Source: Antedon mediterranea
Lineage: Eukaryota > Animalia > Echinodermata
Direction of reading: 5' to 3'
Length of the DNA stretch: 64,000 nt
Assembly: GCF_964355755.1 (NCBI RefSeq)
Contig: NC_092673.1
Coordinates: forward strand, 18,907,648-18,971,647
Below, piece after piece: positions 24,290 through 38,637 of this stretch. How positions within the stretch are numbered: position 1 is the stretch's first letter; each line of letters opens with the position of its first letter. The notes under the pieces were generated by a model. The model did no database searches. It had not been told where the DNA came from and worked only from the letters and a program-made list of their open reading frames with translations. Position numbers and translations under genes: made by a program.

Positions 24290-26147
24290 ATGAGTAATCT
24301 TTCAGAGACAACGCTGCGATCAGACCTGCTCCCAGGTGGTGGAGACCCACCCGTGGGCACTACTTCGACGACCAACGAATCGTTGGAACCTCGGGGTGCT
24401 GCGGGGTGGACTCGGCCAGTGGAAGTAGCCGGCACCGCAGACGAAACGGAAGAACCAATCGTTACCAACCGAGTACGATCCAACCGAGCCTTATACACCA
24501 CCGTCTACGTGAATCAGACTGAAGTAACAGCTGTTGTGGACACGGTTGCGGACCGGACAATACTCTCGGATAACGTATATTCTCGTTTAGTTCCTAAACC
24601 ACCGATTGTGGCCAAGCTTAACTTTACCCTAGCGGGTAGAGGGACATCGATGCCTGGTTACAAGGTGGGACCTATTCATTTTAGGCTAGGGTCGGAATCC
24701 TACACCGAATTTCTCTATGTAGCACCGATTCACGATGAAATGCTGTTAGGTCAGGATTTTCTGGTAAAAAATGGGGCCATGATGGACTGCGGACAACTGC
24801 TGTTAACTGTCTCTCTGCGGGGAAATCAAAAACCCGAACCCCCGAGAACCGCTCGTGTTCTTGTTGCAAAGCGTAGGGTGATACCACCTCACTCTGTAAC
24901 GCACGTCCAATGTCAACTTTCACCTAACTATTTACCTTTACCAGATTTCTTTATAGATCCAGAGATCAACGCTTCTGTGCCAATTCCAGCTACCACACAT
25001 CGAGGCCTGCGTATTCCGCACCTGTGCGTGGTCAACACATCGGACATGTACGTCACCCTGAAACAGGGACGGAACATTGCAACAGCCACAGAAGTAGATC
25101 AGGTGGAGGAGGATGGAAAAGCCAACGCTGCCGATGTATGTTCCGCAGCCAGTCATGATAAACCTGTCTCGTCGGCAGTACCCATGCATCTGGTGGACAT
25201 GCTAGAAGCGTCCCGTGCTGATCTCTCCGACTCCGAATTCGCACAATTGTCTTCTCTTATCATTTAACATCAAGAAGCCTTCGCTTCGCATCAGTTCGAT
25301 ATTGGTACGTTCAAAGATATTGAGCACACCATAGATACGGGCAAGGCTCCGGCTATCAAGCAACGGCTCCGGCCAACGCCGATTCGCTTTGCTGGCGAAG
25401 AGGAGAAGGAGATAAAAAAGATGCTCCAAGCTGGAGTGATTCAACCCTCCATCTCAGAGTGGGCATCACCACCAGTCCTGGTGCGGAAGCGTGACGGCTC
25501 CGTGCGCTTCTGCATAGACTATCGAGCACTGAATAACATCACCATCAAGGATGCCTATCCGTTGCCGTTAGTAAGGGACTGCATAGATACGTTGTCTGGA
25601 AACATCTGGTTCTCCAAGCTTGACGCCCTCTGGGGATACTGGCAGATCCCGATGAAGGAGGAGGACCAGAAGAAAACTGCGTTCATTACCAAGCATGGTT
25701 TGTATGAATTTGTCAAAATGCCATTTGGTCTTTCAAACTGCCCGGCTACGTTTTCCCGTGCCATGGGGTTAGTGCTACGAGGTTTGGTATGGGACGTCGT
25801 ACTAGCATTTCTGGACGATATCGTCGTGCTGGGAAAAACCTTTGAAGATCACCTGAACAACTTGACCACTGTCCTGGGGAGATTTAGGAATGCTAACCTT
25901 AAACTAAAACCCAAAAAGTGTGTTTTTTTTCAGAGAAAGGTAGAATTTCTTGGACGCATCGTCGGTGACAACTCTTTCACAGTTTCCGACACAAATGTGG
26001 AAGCCGTCCAGAACTGGCCCACGCCAACCAACCTGCGAGAAGTACAACAGTTTCTTGGTCTGGCTAACTACCACCGGGAATTCATCAATTCTTTCGCCAA
26101 CCTGGCTGTCCCGTTGTACCGTCTGACTGAGAAGGGAGTCCAATTTG
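24290..26147 (+). pseudogene. pol: Gypsy pol (aspartic protease and RT), disrupted and truncated
   Basis: AVVDTVAD (DTGA-like) and LLGQDFL protease motifs; in-frame TAA at 25265-25267; SEWASPPVLVRKRDGSVRFCIDYRALN, MPFGLSNCPATF, AFLDD, VEFLG, FLGLANY. Confidence 0.9.
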
Positions 26148-26149
26148 TA

Positions 26150-26760
26150 CCTTTCATCTGCTTTTGACACTGTTGATCATAACATCCTTCTTTGTCGCCT
26201 TTCAGATTACTATGGAGTGTCTAATAGATTGGTTTCGATCTTATCTGACTGGCCGGACCCAGTGCGTAGAAATCAATGATACTAGATCTGCTCCTAAGAG
26301 CCTTGAATACGGAGTTCCACAGGGTTCCATCCTTGGGCCCTTGCTTTTTTCTCTGTATATTTCCCCTCTCACTGAAATTATTAAAGAATACAATTTACAC
26401 GATCACCTATATGCTGATGTCGATGTCGATTTTAGTCCTTCTGAATCTCACGATATAACGACTTGAAAGTTGTCTGTCTCTCTAAAATATCATCCTGGCT
26501 ATCAGTATCATCCAACATGCTCTTGCTTAACAATTCTGAAACCGAATTTATCATTTTTCCACCAAACACATACGTTCCAAATTCAATATTCCCTCGATTT
26601 CTTTTAATTCCTGTACAATTTTTCCATCACCTTTTGTTAAAAATCTTGGGGTTTATTTTGATGGAGAATAACCTTCAACAAACATATAAGTCATGTTTAA
26701 TTACAAAAATACTAACTTCCATCTACGTAACATTGCTTGCATTCGAAATCTATCTGCTAT
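26150..26760 (+). mobile_element. Degenerate CR1/L2-type LINE RT fragment
   Basis: [17 protein letters not shown] at about 26151, [44 protein letters not shown]; several frameshifts. Confidence 0.8.
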
Positions 26761-28434
26761 GCCATGCTTTTGATAATTTTGAACTAGGGCTAGGCAGTGC
26801 CATTGTTAACCCACTCACAGTTCATCCTCATTATCACTTTGGTAATAGTAGTGTACAATGATTGACAGAGTATTGACATATTTCATTTTATTATCACTCT
26901 GTGTAAATATAACCAAAATGGTAATAGTACAGAAAGTTATAAACTGCTGTGTGTTCTATTTATTATCTTTGTTGAACATTAGAATACAATGTTAATATTA
27001 AATCTATGGTAAAGATTATCTATAAACAATTGTATAACAGGAACTCAATAATCAAAACAAACAAATCATTAATAACAATTTCTACCCTGGTTTTCTGTAT
27101 AAGTGTTATAATGAACTTGTAAAAAATATATTTAGATTATAAAGATAATAAATGTTTGCTAAAGTATTCTGACTGTATATAGACCCTGAACCAGACCAGA
27201 TCAAATGTGAGATAACAAATTACCTATCAGAGGTCCCTGTAGCCCATTCAAATAAAACCAATTTTGACAAATATAGTCAGGGCCAGACACAGGATTTTAT
27301 TTGGGTGGATGCGGATTAATATATTTTGGACCATTTTCATAATATTGAGTGAAGACGATAAGACCCTAAAGTGTGGACCTTTTGCAATTTGGGGTGGGGG
27401 GTGTGCGTCATTCCCTCCAACCCCCCGCCCCGCGTACGACCCTGATAGTGACCCATGAAACCCAAAAAAGAGAGCACATCAACCAGATCTAACATGGGAT
27501 ACCACATAAGACTAAATTAAGGTATTGTGAATACCTGTTTTAACACCCACTTAGCGTATGTGGACTTGTATCAGAATGGATGACACAATTGCAGCAAATG
27601 CATAACTAACCAATTAGTTAATGATATGACTAGAAACCTACTTAAACAAATTAATTTCAAAAAAATAAAAGTTACAGTTATTTGGCTAAAAAATATAATT
27701 TGTTATAAACTAGAAATCTAGCTAGTCAACAGCAAAGTAAAAGATTAGGTCTCTTTAGAATACAGTGTGTGGTATTATGTTTGGACACTAAGAAAACCAA
27801 GTTTTTATGGAAAATCTTTATAGCCTAAATACTTCTGGGGAATCCACGCAAACTTCAGAAGTTTAGAAGAAAATAAAGTGCAAAGGCTTTGCCACTATGG
27901 CTATGTCGAAAAAAACCCTTATGACATTTTCTTTAAAGAAATTTAATTTCTTAATTGTAGAAACAAACCCATTTTGAGTAAGAAATAGAAAAATGTGAAA
28001 CTAGAGAAATAAAAGAGGATAAATTATGTTTTTTAATAATTTTTCTGTATAACATACTAAATTTTTGACAATTTCATAGCTAAAACAATTTTTATCAGAG
28101 ATTTTTCTTATGAAAAAAAGTAATTGTTCAGTAGGAGTTGATCAGGAATTGTGTTTCATTTCAGAATCCTTTTAGCCATGTTTGTTTTTGTACTTGAGAA
28201 AAATGTTATGCAGATTGTCAACAAGCTTACATTGAGAAAAACAAGGGGCCTGATTATTATTATAAGTGACCGTTGTGTGTTTCTGTTTGCCTGTTGCCCC
28301 TAGATACAGCCAAACAAATCCTATCAAAATCATTATCGTCAGTTTAATATTAACTTTGTATTTAAACAAAAGATAAAGTAAAAATCATCTGATTGTTTGA
28401 AACATGTATAAAGGTTATAGAAATGTTTGGTTAT

Positions 28435-30102
28435 TACTTTATGATCTATTTATTAATAGACTAAAATGCACTGCTTCCCCAGGGCTGTTAGTCAGGGTAT
28501 TTGTGTGGGGTATTGTACTACCTTACTTTATGATCCATTTATTAATAGACTAAAATGCACTGCTTCCCCAGGGCTGTTAGTCAGGGTATTTGTGTGGGGT
28601 ATTGTACTACCTTACTTTATGATCCATTTATTAATAGACTAAAATGCACTGCTTTCCCAGGGCTGTTAGACAGGGTATTTGTGTGGGGTATTGTACTACC
28701 TTACTTTATGATCCATTTATTAATAGACTAAAATGCACTGCTTCCCCAGGGCTGTTAGACAGGGTATTTGTGTGGGGTATTGTACTACCTTACTTTATGA
28801 TCCATTTATTAATAGACTAAAATGCACTGCTTCCCCAGGGCTGTTAGTCAGGGTATTTGTGTGGGGTATTGTACTACCTTACTTTATGATCCATTTATTA
28901 ATAGACTAAAATGCACTGCTTCCCCAGGGCTGTTAGTCAGGGTATTTGTGTGGGGTATTGTACTACCTTACTTTATGATCCATTTATTAATAGACTAAAA
29001 TGCACTTCTTCCCCAGGGCTGTTAGTCAGGGTATTTGTGTGGGTATTGTACTACCTTACTTTATGATCCATTTATTAATAGACTAAAATGCACTGCTTCC
29101 CCAGGGCTGTTACAGTAGTGTTAGTCAAGGGTATTTGTGTGGGGTATTGTACTACCTTACTTTATGATCCATTTATTAATAGACTAAAATGCACTGCTTC
29201 CCCAGGGCTGTTAGTCAGAGTATTTGTGTGGGGTATTGTAATACCTTCTTTATGATCCATTTATTAATAGACTAAAATGCACTGCTTCCCCAGGGCTGTT
29301 AGTCAGGGTATTTGTGTGGGGTATTGTACTACCTTACTTTATGATCCATTTATTAATAGAGTAAAATGCATTGCTTCCCCAGGGCTGTTTAGTCAGGGTA
29401 TTTGTGTGGGGTATTGTACTACCTTACTTTATGATCCATTTATTAATAGACTAAAATGCACTGCTTCCCCAGGGCTGTTAGTCAGGGTATTTGTGTGGGG
29501 TATTGTACTACCTTACTTTATGATCCATTTATTAATAGACTAAAATGCACTGCTTCCCCAGGGCTGTTAGTCAGGGTATTTGTGTGGGGTATTGTAATAC
29601 CTTCTTTATGATCCATTTATTAATAGACTAAAATGCACTGCTTCCTCAGGGCTGTTAGTCAGGGTATTTGTGTGGGGTATTGTACTACCTTACTTTATGA
29701 TCCATTTATTAATAGACTAAAATGCACTGCTTCCCCAGGGCTGTTAGTCAGGGTATTTGTGTGGGGTATTGTACTACCTTACTTTATGATCCATTTATTA
29801 ATAGACTATTAAATGCACTGCTTCCCCAGGGCTGTTAGTCAGGGTATTTGTGTGGGGTATTGTACTACCTTACTTTATGATCGATTTATTAATAGACTAA
29901 AATGCACTGCTTCCCCAGGGCTGTTAGTCAGGGTATTTGTGTGGGGTATTGTACTACCTTACTTTATGATCCATTTATTAATAGACTAAAATGCACTGCT
30001 TCCCCTGGGCTGTTAGTCAGGGTATTTGTGTGGGGTATTGTACTACCTTACTTTATGATCCATTTATTAATAGACTAAAATGCACTGCTTCCCCAGGGCT
30101 GT
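28435..30102. repeat. 89-bp tandem minisatellite, about 18-19 copies
   Basis: Unit ATGATCCATTTATTAATAGACTAAAATGCACTGCTTCCCCAGGGCTGTTAGTCAGGGTATTTGTGTGGGGTATTGTACTACCTTACTTT. Confidence 0.98.
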
Positions 30103-30293
30103 AATAGTCCGTAATCAAAATACACAATATTATCCTAAAGCACAACATATTATGAATTTGCACTTTTTTTATAAAGCTAACATTATATTATTATTGATAA
30201 TTTGTGAATCTTTATTTTACATGTTATACTATTCCTTTACATTTACCTACTCAACGTGCGAGGTTTCCTTTAAATTGAGTAAATGGCTCCGCC

Positions 30294-30525
30294 CATAATA
30301 ATAATAATATCCTGGAGCTAGTAATCAGCACAAAGTTGTGTCTTGATCTAACCGGGTAGTATACCCATTTATACACCTGGGTGGAGAGAGGCAAACATAA
30401 GTAAAGTATCTTGCCTAAGAATACAAGAAATGCGGCAGAGTTGGATTCGAACCGCGATCTCACGATCAGTAGTCCAACGTCCAACACACTGCGCCACACA
30501 CCCTTACACACACTGCGCCACACAC
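30294..30525 (-). mobile_element. tRNA-derived SINE (Meta-type-like core) with a short duplication at its head
   Basis: Minus strand GTGGCGCAGTG (A box), GGTTCGAATCC (B box), TTCTTAGGCAAGATACTTTAC, GCCTCTCTCCACCCAGGTGTATAAATGGGTA, (TAT)n tail. Confidence 0.75.
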
Positions 30526-30680
30526 CCTTAATGTCTCATGTTCGTTTGCATTGGTCGAATAGGAATTGGGGGGGGGGGGGGGATCGCCCGAACCCCAAAA
30601 ACCTTCCTACTATCTTCCTAATATACTATCTTTGTTTATATGAAGTTTGCAAACAATAGATAGGTAAACATGACATTTCT

Positions 30681-30920
30681 ATTAAATAGGCTAGCATGCA
30701 AGACTGATTAGGAAGTCATGTGACGCACAGAAGCAGTGAAAGAGGTGTTGGTAATTTGCATGACAATAAACACTAGTAGTAGCGTCCTTTGAGGTGAAAC
30801 TGCGCAGTCGGACTGATGGACCAATGGATGCAGGATTGTTTCCAGACATGTGTAATCCTCAAGAGTCACTTTAAGGGTACCAACAATTCTGTTGTTCAGA
30901 TTCAGTTGTAGTGAGTTTTT
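30681..30920 (+). other. Copy 1 of a duplicated non-coding block (copy 2 at 38638-38875) ending in a GTGAGT donor; possible 5'UTR exon or promoter
   Basis: ATTAAATAGGCTAG..ATGCAAGACTGA...GAAGTCA.GTGA.GCACA...GGTGTTGGTA.TTTGCAT.ACAATAAACAC...TAGCGTCC...TTTCCAGACA...GTGAGTT in both copies. Confidence 0.45.
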
Positions 30921-32826
30921 ATATTTTATTTATTTTTGTTAATATTTCATATAGGCATGCAGTAAAATTGACTTACACCAGTAGCCAGCTAGTAACAATT
31001 TAAAACTTTGGTTTAGTAGTTGATTTCCAAATGGAGGATGTCGGATTTTTGTCATGGAAGAAAATATTTGAAAAGTCTAGTAATTTAGATTTCATTACTA
31101 CTCTGGGGTGGATCTAGACATTTTTGAGAGGGGTGGGATGGGGGGTCCCACAAGAAAAGGGCACTTCCGGGACTGAGTATTTGAGCCACATGCGAAGCAA
31201 ATTTTGTTAAATCAATCCATCGATCAAAATTCATGTATTTAACCTTATGACACCTTAAGAATATTTGGCTTGTTGTGTCTTTTTGTTTACATTTTCTCTC
31301 CCTTACGACGCACAATTTAGTATTTGAAACGATCTCCTTTACTACCCCTCATGCGGCTCCTGATCGGCAGCCACCTGCACCTGTAAAATTTTTTGCTTAT
31401 ATTCATGATACTTCTTTATATTGGAAAATAAAAACTGAAACTGAAAATTTAGGGGGGGGGGGGTGGGGTCCGCCCTTGCTACTACTATTCAACCTGTTAG
31501 TGGTGGTTTCATCGCTGTTGGTTGTGAACTGAATAAAATAAATAAAATAAAATAAGTGTATCTTTACCATTTGATTGGCTCATTCCATACCACACATACA
31601 GTATCATGCATTATTTTCTTCAATTTCAATGACTGAGGTACTATTGCATGATGATTAACTTAACTTTAATATTTTAAATTAATCAGTATTCTAAATTTTT
31701 TTATTTTTCATTCTTCAGGACATTTTAATTTAAATTAATAATTAATTTAAACATAATTATGAGTTAGAAATTCTAAAGTTCTGTACTTTGAGCTAAGAGT
31801 GTATTAATGAGTACAAGTCCCACAATCTCCCTTTTGATGATTGGATGATATTTTGTATTTTTTTAATGCATTAATACATTTTTATGGTTGTGAGACTGTT
31901 TGACAACTGTTTAAATTGAAGTTTGCTGCAATATTAGGAGAAATATTTTGTGCAGTAATTAAGGTTAATTGCAAATAATTTCACCTGATTCCTTCCCACC
32001 ATGCATTGTGCAATGCCGTTCCTCGTGATATCAAGCTATTTGTCATAAACCTTATTTAAGTTGAAAGGTTACTCCACAAATTTACTAATAAATATTATAA
32101 CCATTGTACTTATGATTATAAGACAGATGACTGGTAAACCTAAATTTGTAATTTGAAAAATCCAGGGTGCTGATAAATAATGATTTGCTGTGTTTATCTG
32201 GGTCTGTTACCCCTAGCAACAATATATTCTGCCAAAGCCCATTTCAAAATGTGTGATCAATAGATGGTTCATAAATTATATAGTATGTAGAATATTAACA
32301 AAATTGTTGACCAAATAACTGATACGTTTTTCTGATACTCACAATTGCCTAGAGGGATGTTTTTGCTCTTTTTTGGGGGTGTTAAGTATAGCGGCCAAAC
32401 TGAATGGCAGCCATTTGTTGTGTATTAATTAAAGAAAAGTTATAATTGCCGTTTGGGAAAATGAATCCACAAAACAATGTTTCCAGTTGTCAATCAATTA
32501 TTATGAACAAAATAAGAGACCATGGCCAGTTTTTATCAACTTGGTGATAAACTTAGATTTTACAATCGTACAATGTACACAATAGGCTTTAACAAATAAC
32601 AGTTTAAAAGTCTAAAGTTTGATATGCTGTAATGTTAGTATACAGGTCATCTTCATGCAGTAACGTAGCATTTAATGCAAAGGTTTCTGTCTGATGGGAT
32701 TATGTTTTTTACCTGACGTAAGTATGAAATACATTCAATGCTGCTGAATTAGCTTTTCAGTATGTATACACTTTCACCAGTTTAATGTTCAACAGTCTGA
32801 AACTGAATTCCATTTGTATTTCCAGT

Positions 32827-33031
32827 AGGCCAGACCCGTTGCCAGGGAGGTTTTTGGGGTTCGGGCGATCCCCCCCCCCCCCAATTTTGCACGAACCGAC
32901 AAGGGGGACCTGGACCCCGACAAGGAGGCCCTTGGCGGCCCCCTGGCCTCCAGCCTACAGTTGCTCGCTTCGCTCGCAAAATATTTGGTGTCAAGAAAAC
33001 CCCCCTCTGATGCATTCTAGCTACGGGCCTG
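32827..33031. mobile_element. Short GC-rich MITE-like insertion
   Basis: CAGACCCGTTGC ... GCTACGGGCCTG inverted termini around a GC-rich interior in AT-rich DNA. Confidence 0.5.
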
Positions 33032-33724
33032 TAGCGGTCCTTTAACAGAGGTAGTCCCTTTTAAATATTAAAGGTGGTCGCTAACAAGGGTGGTTGCTTA
33101 CGATCAGAGTGCTAAGTTTTGAAAGCCGATCACTTACGAGAGGTGGATAGACTGACGGCAAGTAGAGAAATACATTTGCACATGATTTAGACATTTAGGT
33201 TTGTAAAATATATAATATTTTATTAGCTGGCGATATTAACTACATTAGCTGTGAGGCAATTTTCGTTACTACATTACATGTTGAGTTGTACATTAGTATA
33301 ATGTTGATTTTTATTTAATAAATAAGCTGTTGGTGTTTCTACATCATTAGCTAGTTCTAGGTTTTATTATATGGGTGGATTTGACTTTTCTACACTAGCA
33401 GTTTTGAACAGGGCCTACTGTATTAGTTTAAATGGAATGCTACAAGTTGTATTATTTTTTTTTAATTTATCGTTTTGTGTACTAAAGTGGCAGCATAATC
33501 AGTATTTATTTTTACCAGATGTCCAGCAAGGGTAATGTCCCAATTGGTAATTGCCACAATTGTCAGGTCAACCTCAAAACAGCGGCTCTCGGGACCGGGA
33601 GAGTTGTATGATTTGTTTTTATTATTATTTTTTTTTTGAATGCGCCTTGAGCACTCTGTGGTATGTGCGCTATAAAAATCCTGTTATTATTATTTGTTAT
33701 TATTATTTCACCTTTTAGTCGTGT

Positions 33725-34685
33725 CTGTCTTACAGTAAAGTGATCTTTAATTGGAAGAGGACCAGTACAATTACTTGTTTTTAATCACATGATTATAAAC
33801 TATTTATTCCTCTTGTCTGTGCTCGTACAAAATAATAAAATGGTCGCTAATTGGAAGTGTCTTAAAGTAAAGTGATCTTTAATTGGAAGAGGACCAGTAC
33901 AATTACTTGTTTTTTATCACATGATTATAAACTATTTATTCCTCTTGTCTGTACTCATACAAAATAATAAAACGGTCGCTAAATGGAAGTGTTTAAATTG
34001 AAGTGATCTTTAATTGGAAGAGGACCAGTACAATTACTTGTTTTTTATCACATGATTATAAACTATTTCTTCTTCTTGTCTTTATTCATACAAAATAATA
34101 TACAGTAACGGTCGCTAATTGGAAGTGTCTTAAACTGAAGTGATCTTTAATTGGAAGAGGACCAGTACATTTACTTAATTTTGTCACATAATTAAACTAT
34201 TAATTATTTTTGCCTTTACTCATACCAATTAATAAAAATGGTCACTAATTTGAGGTGTCTTAAAGTAAAGTGATCTTTAATTGGAAGCGGACCAGTCAGT
34301 ACAGTTACTTAATTTTGTCACATAATTAAAACTATTAATTATTATTGTCTTTATTCATACCAATTAATAAAATGGTCGCTAATTGGAGGTGTTTTAAGTA
34401 AAGTGGTCCTTTATTGAAAGAGGTCCAGTACAATTACTTGTTTTTTGTCACATAATTAATAACTATATATTCTTCTTGCTTTATTAATACTAAATAATAT
34501 AATGGTAGCTAATTGGAGGTGTTTTAGGTAAAGTGATTTTTAATTGGAAGAGGAACACTTCATTTACTTGTTTTTGTCACATACTTATCAATTATTTATT
34601 CTTCTTGTCTTTTCACATACCATATAATATAATGGTCCCTAATTGGAGGTGTTGAGGTGTTTAGGCAAAGCGATCTTTAATTAGA
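33725..34685. repeat. Diverged ~130-bp tandem repeat, about 7-8 copies
   Basis: AAGTGATCTTTAATTGGAAGAGGACCAGTACAATTACTT...GGTCGCTAATTGGA recurs near 33737, 33868, 34000, 34137, 34267, 34399, 34529 and 34666. Confidence 0.9.
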
Positions 34686-36317
34686 AAAAAAAAAATTGTT
34701 TGGCATCATTAAGTATTATTGGTTATTAAAAGAAGACAAGACAAGTGCAGGCGTGATAAAAACAACCACCTATCATAAAACGTATGATACAGTATTTAAT
34801 AGTGGACGCATTTCAATCCATGGGTCAGACATTATTAAACGGGCCGGACAGCATTAAATTGTTGAAAAACGCCCACGAACCCGTTGAAACATGCAACTGG
34901 ACACTATCCAATGCTGAAAAGTGTCCACCCGGACACTTTTGAATGCTGGACACAATTCAATCTTACACCGGCACTGATCCATGACTGTATTTGAAATCGG
35001 TCGCGTTTCCAATCAGTCGCATATGGCATGCCAAATGTGCCTTATGTATATTTTCTTTTGTTTTTTCCTCCAGGGTCATACCGTATGCGCGATATGATTC
35101 TAGCAAGACAATGATGATTAGGTTTAAAAAAGGTGGTACAAAACATTTTTTGGGGTTTGAGAGGCTTTCCATTGGTACACCAAAGAGCCGTAAAAAATGA
35201 ATTCATAAAAAATTCAATATATGTTATGTACCCAATATATCGTTTATTATTGTTCTGAAAAAATGGTAAATAATAATGATATACATTCAAAAAATTTATA
35301 AATTAACATATTTCTCGTTTTCGGCATGAAATTTAACTGAAAATATTTGAATCTAATATTAAATTATTATTATAATATTCTAGAATGTGTTAACGTTAGT
35401 AAAAAGATAAATATATTGGCACATGCCGTTTCATACATATAATGCTAATTGATCGATCATCTACAGTAATATTTGGGCAACTATTAATCTTTGTTATGGA
35501 TGATTTTACCAATATACAGAAACAATTTTATTGCATTACCGGTAAATATTTTTTCTTTACTGTAGTTTAAAATGTATGTACAGTATAGTGATTCATTTGA
35601 TCATGTTTGAAAGAGTTGGTGTCAGTTTATTTCAAAATGTTAGCATAACTCAATGTCGATGACCTATTACAATATAGTACACTCTCCCTCCCCTGAAATT
35701 GACATTTAACAAGTATATATAACTTTACTTATTTAATTTAACTTTACAATCAATTGTGTCAATAATTAATGCATTTTAAGTTAAAGGCCAAAACTCGAAT
35801 AGCGAAAGCTGATTTGTTTTATGTCTTTTTTGTCATAATTGTTAATGAAGTTTTTATATTATATTATGAGAGTGACAAATAAAGTATTTACACAAATATA
35901 TATTTTGGCCTTATGTGTACAATATAAATTTTAAAAAAGATTTTCCAAGTTTAAACACTCAAATCGCCAGCATTACAAAGAATCTACAATTTCTTTTTAA
36001 AGAATTGTAGCCAATTTTTAAAAAATGTCCTAAATACTGTAGGGTAGTTTTTGCAGTTTAATTTAAGCATGACAGATTTGCTCCTGTATACTGAAATCCA
36101 TTAAAGATATATTGATTGTCACCCGGAAAATATATATTTTTCTTGAATATGCAATTTTAATGTCATAATAGTTATTCACTTTGACCAAAAATTGGAGCGA
36201 AAATAAAACTATTTACCTGAAAATAATGCAAACAATAGTCAAATTATCAGACAATGGGTTGAAGCTGCAGAATTCCCTATTAAAAGTGTGATTTATTAAT
36301 CTTCATTTTTCATGTTT

Positions 36318-36580
36318 TTGGGGGACAATATATCCAGTACCATGTGGACCCCTGTTGGGGGACAATATATATCCAGTACCATGTGGACCCCTGTTGCGGG
36401 ACAATATATCCAGTACCATGTGGATCCCTGTTGGGGGACAATATATCCAGTACCATGAGGACCCCTGTTGGGGGACAATATATCCAGTACCATGTGGACC
36501 CCTGTTGGAGGACAATATATCCAGTACCATGTGGACCCCTGTTGGGGGACAATATATCCAGTACAGTGGACCCCTGTTGA
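36318..36580. repeat. ~37-bp minisatellite, about 7 copies
   Basis: TGGGGGACAATATATCCAGTACCATGTGGACCCCTGT repeated. Confidence 0.95.
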
Positions 36581-38637
36581 ATAAATTTGAACCTGGTAAA
36601 CTTAAGAACAACAATAATTAATGTTTAAATTTAAGCAACAACAAAATAAAGCTTATTGACTGAATTTAATACAAAAAAGTAAATTAAATTAAATACCGTA
36701 CATGTTTTTTTTGTTCATAGGGGTTGTTAAAGGTGATATACATTTTATATAAGGGCACACTCCATACTAATGGGGAATTTAGGTGTAAGTTTCATTTTGA
36801 TTGTTTCAGAAACGGTAATGGTAACATGCATCATATAGTGAACAGACTTTTGTTATTATATCAATTTTTAATAATTTAGTTCGCTCGCGTACCATCTAGG
36901 TCGTTCCCACAGATGGTTCTCGAATACACAGTAATTTCAGCGTAACAAAACTGGCGATTTCAAATGTACGTACCGCAGGACTATAGGCCTATACATTGTC
37001 GTTTACAGAAACAAATAAATAGACACGATGATTTATGTAGTCAACTAAAATTAGCACCCTGGGAATTACTTCCGAAGGAGAAACTTATCACAAAATGAGT
37101 CCAAGTTTTTGATTTGGACTCATTTAAAGAAACCCAATTTGTGTTTTGTATGTAACATTAGGGTTGAGGGATGGGAAAGCGGATAGGTACAAAGAGGAAC
37201 AATTTTTAAATATATTCTTTATCCACTCAGTAACGAAATATTTTTTTCATGTTTTATAGGCCTATAAATAATATACCTCTAAATACAGTAAAACATTTGC
37301 GATTTAATACTTTTTTTATTTTATTTATTTATTTATTTCTTTTAAATATTCATTGTACACTAATTTTCCCCGTGTATGGCAAGAGATTCCTAATTATATT
37401 AGAGAACATTCTTTATTTAGTTTAGTTAAAACTGTCACTGTCATAATCGATTGAAATATTAAAGTACCATGTCACGATACACCACTACGACGTTTATATT
37501 TGGTAATTATTAATTAATACAAACGTTGAGAAAGAACTGTCAGTATAAAGTTTATTTGTATATAATAATGTGTTTATATATCTAACAGTAGAGCCTATCC
37601 ACAATCTCGCAAGTTTATTCTCAAAGGGCCCATATATTTACCTACCGTATGTGTTAAACCAAGGGCTCATAAATTTACCTACAGTACTTGTGTTAAACCA
37701 AACTCTGGCAGACTGAGAGATTGGGATGTTCCATTCATCGCAAATCAATAGATTTGTATAATCGTATATTAAATCTATCAAAATAGTATTTTTTAAAGAA
37801 AATCGGCCTGTCTTCAACATTATGATGGTGTACTCTAGCTGTTCAACCGGTTTTCAGCTATTAAAAACAATTATCGTAGGAGGAGATAGGAAAATGCGAA
37901 GCCTCCTCGCATTTTTGTGGCGGGTATTTTTCAAGACGGACATCCATTATACAGTGTATACCACGGTCGGAAAACACCCCTATTTGGGGCAAATCTTGGA
38001 ACCTAAATTCGTTTTAACCGTCAATAACTTATTATCTAACTTAATTTAATTAGTAAACAGGGTTACATCAGGTGGTTAAAATCAGTACCGAAAGTACGAA
38101 CCAACTTTATATACCATCGAGTAAAAATTATAGAAGTAAGGCGCGATTTACCGAATTTTGCCCTTACGTAAATTTATATATAGATAATTCAGAATAAAGA
38201 TAACACTGGTCAACAACAAATATTTCACTATCGCCCATCATCCGCCTAATTTTAATGGTGTGCCCACATCCATAAGAGGATTTGTTGGAAAGCAGAATTA
38301 GAAATGGGTTAGATGGGTATCACTGAAATATTTGTGAAAAATTGTAATGTTGTTTTACTACACCAACAACATAAGAACCTTCATTCATGAATATAAACAT
38401 TTGATAATATCAAATGAAGGAAATAAAAAAGATTACGTTGTTTCTTTTCCTCCATGGTATATCACAGTGTGCCTTCTCTTAGTCTTATTGATTGGATTGA
38501 ATCAACTTGACTGGATATCCAGATGCCAATTGTGTAGTAAAATGATTTCATATGCTCTAGTTAACATTGTCTTTACAAAAGGTTGTTCTTGGTTAATATG
38601 AAGTATATAGAAACTGAATAACACAGTTCATATTCTC

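Larger units (their letters stand above)
21025..26147 (+). mobile_element. Gypsy/Ty3 LTR retrotransposon, 3'-truncated (no RNase H, integrase or second LTR in the window)
   Basis: LTR, PBS, gag with CCHC knuckle, protease and RT in Gypsy order; ends abruptly after RLTEKGVQF where a LINE fragment begins. Confidence 0.9.

Noticed and set aside
23496-26170. Antisense and alternate-frame ORFs over gag-pol
   Set aside because: Shadow ORFs of GC-rich coding sequence with no recognisable motifs
30440-30502. Possible tRNA genes here and near 20620 and 49160
   Set aside because: Only A/B-box-like motifs without a full cloverleaf; the first two continue into SINE bodies
36296-36621. Overlapping repetitive ORFs on both strands
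   Set aside because: Translations of a 37-bp minisatellite
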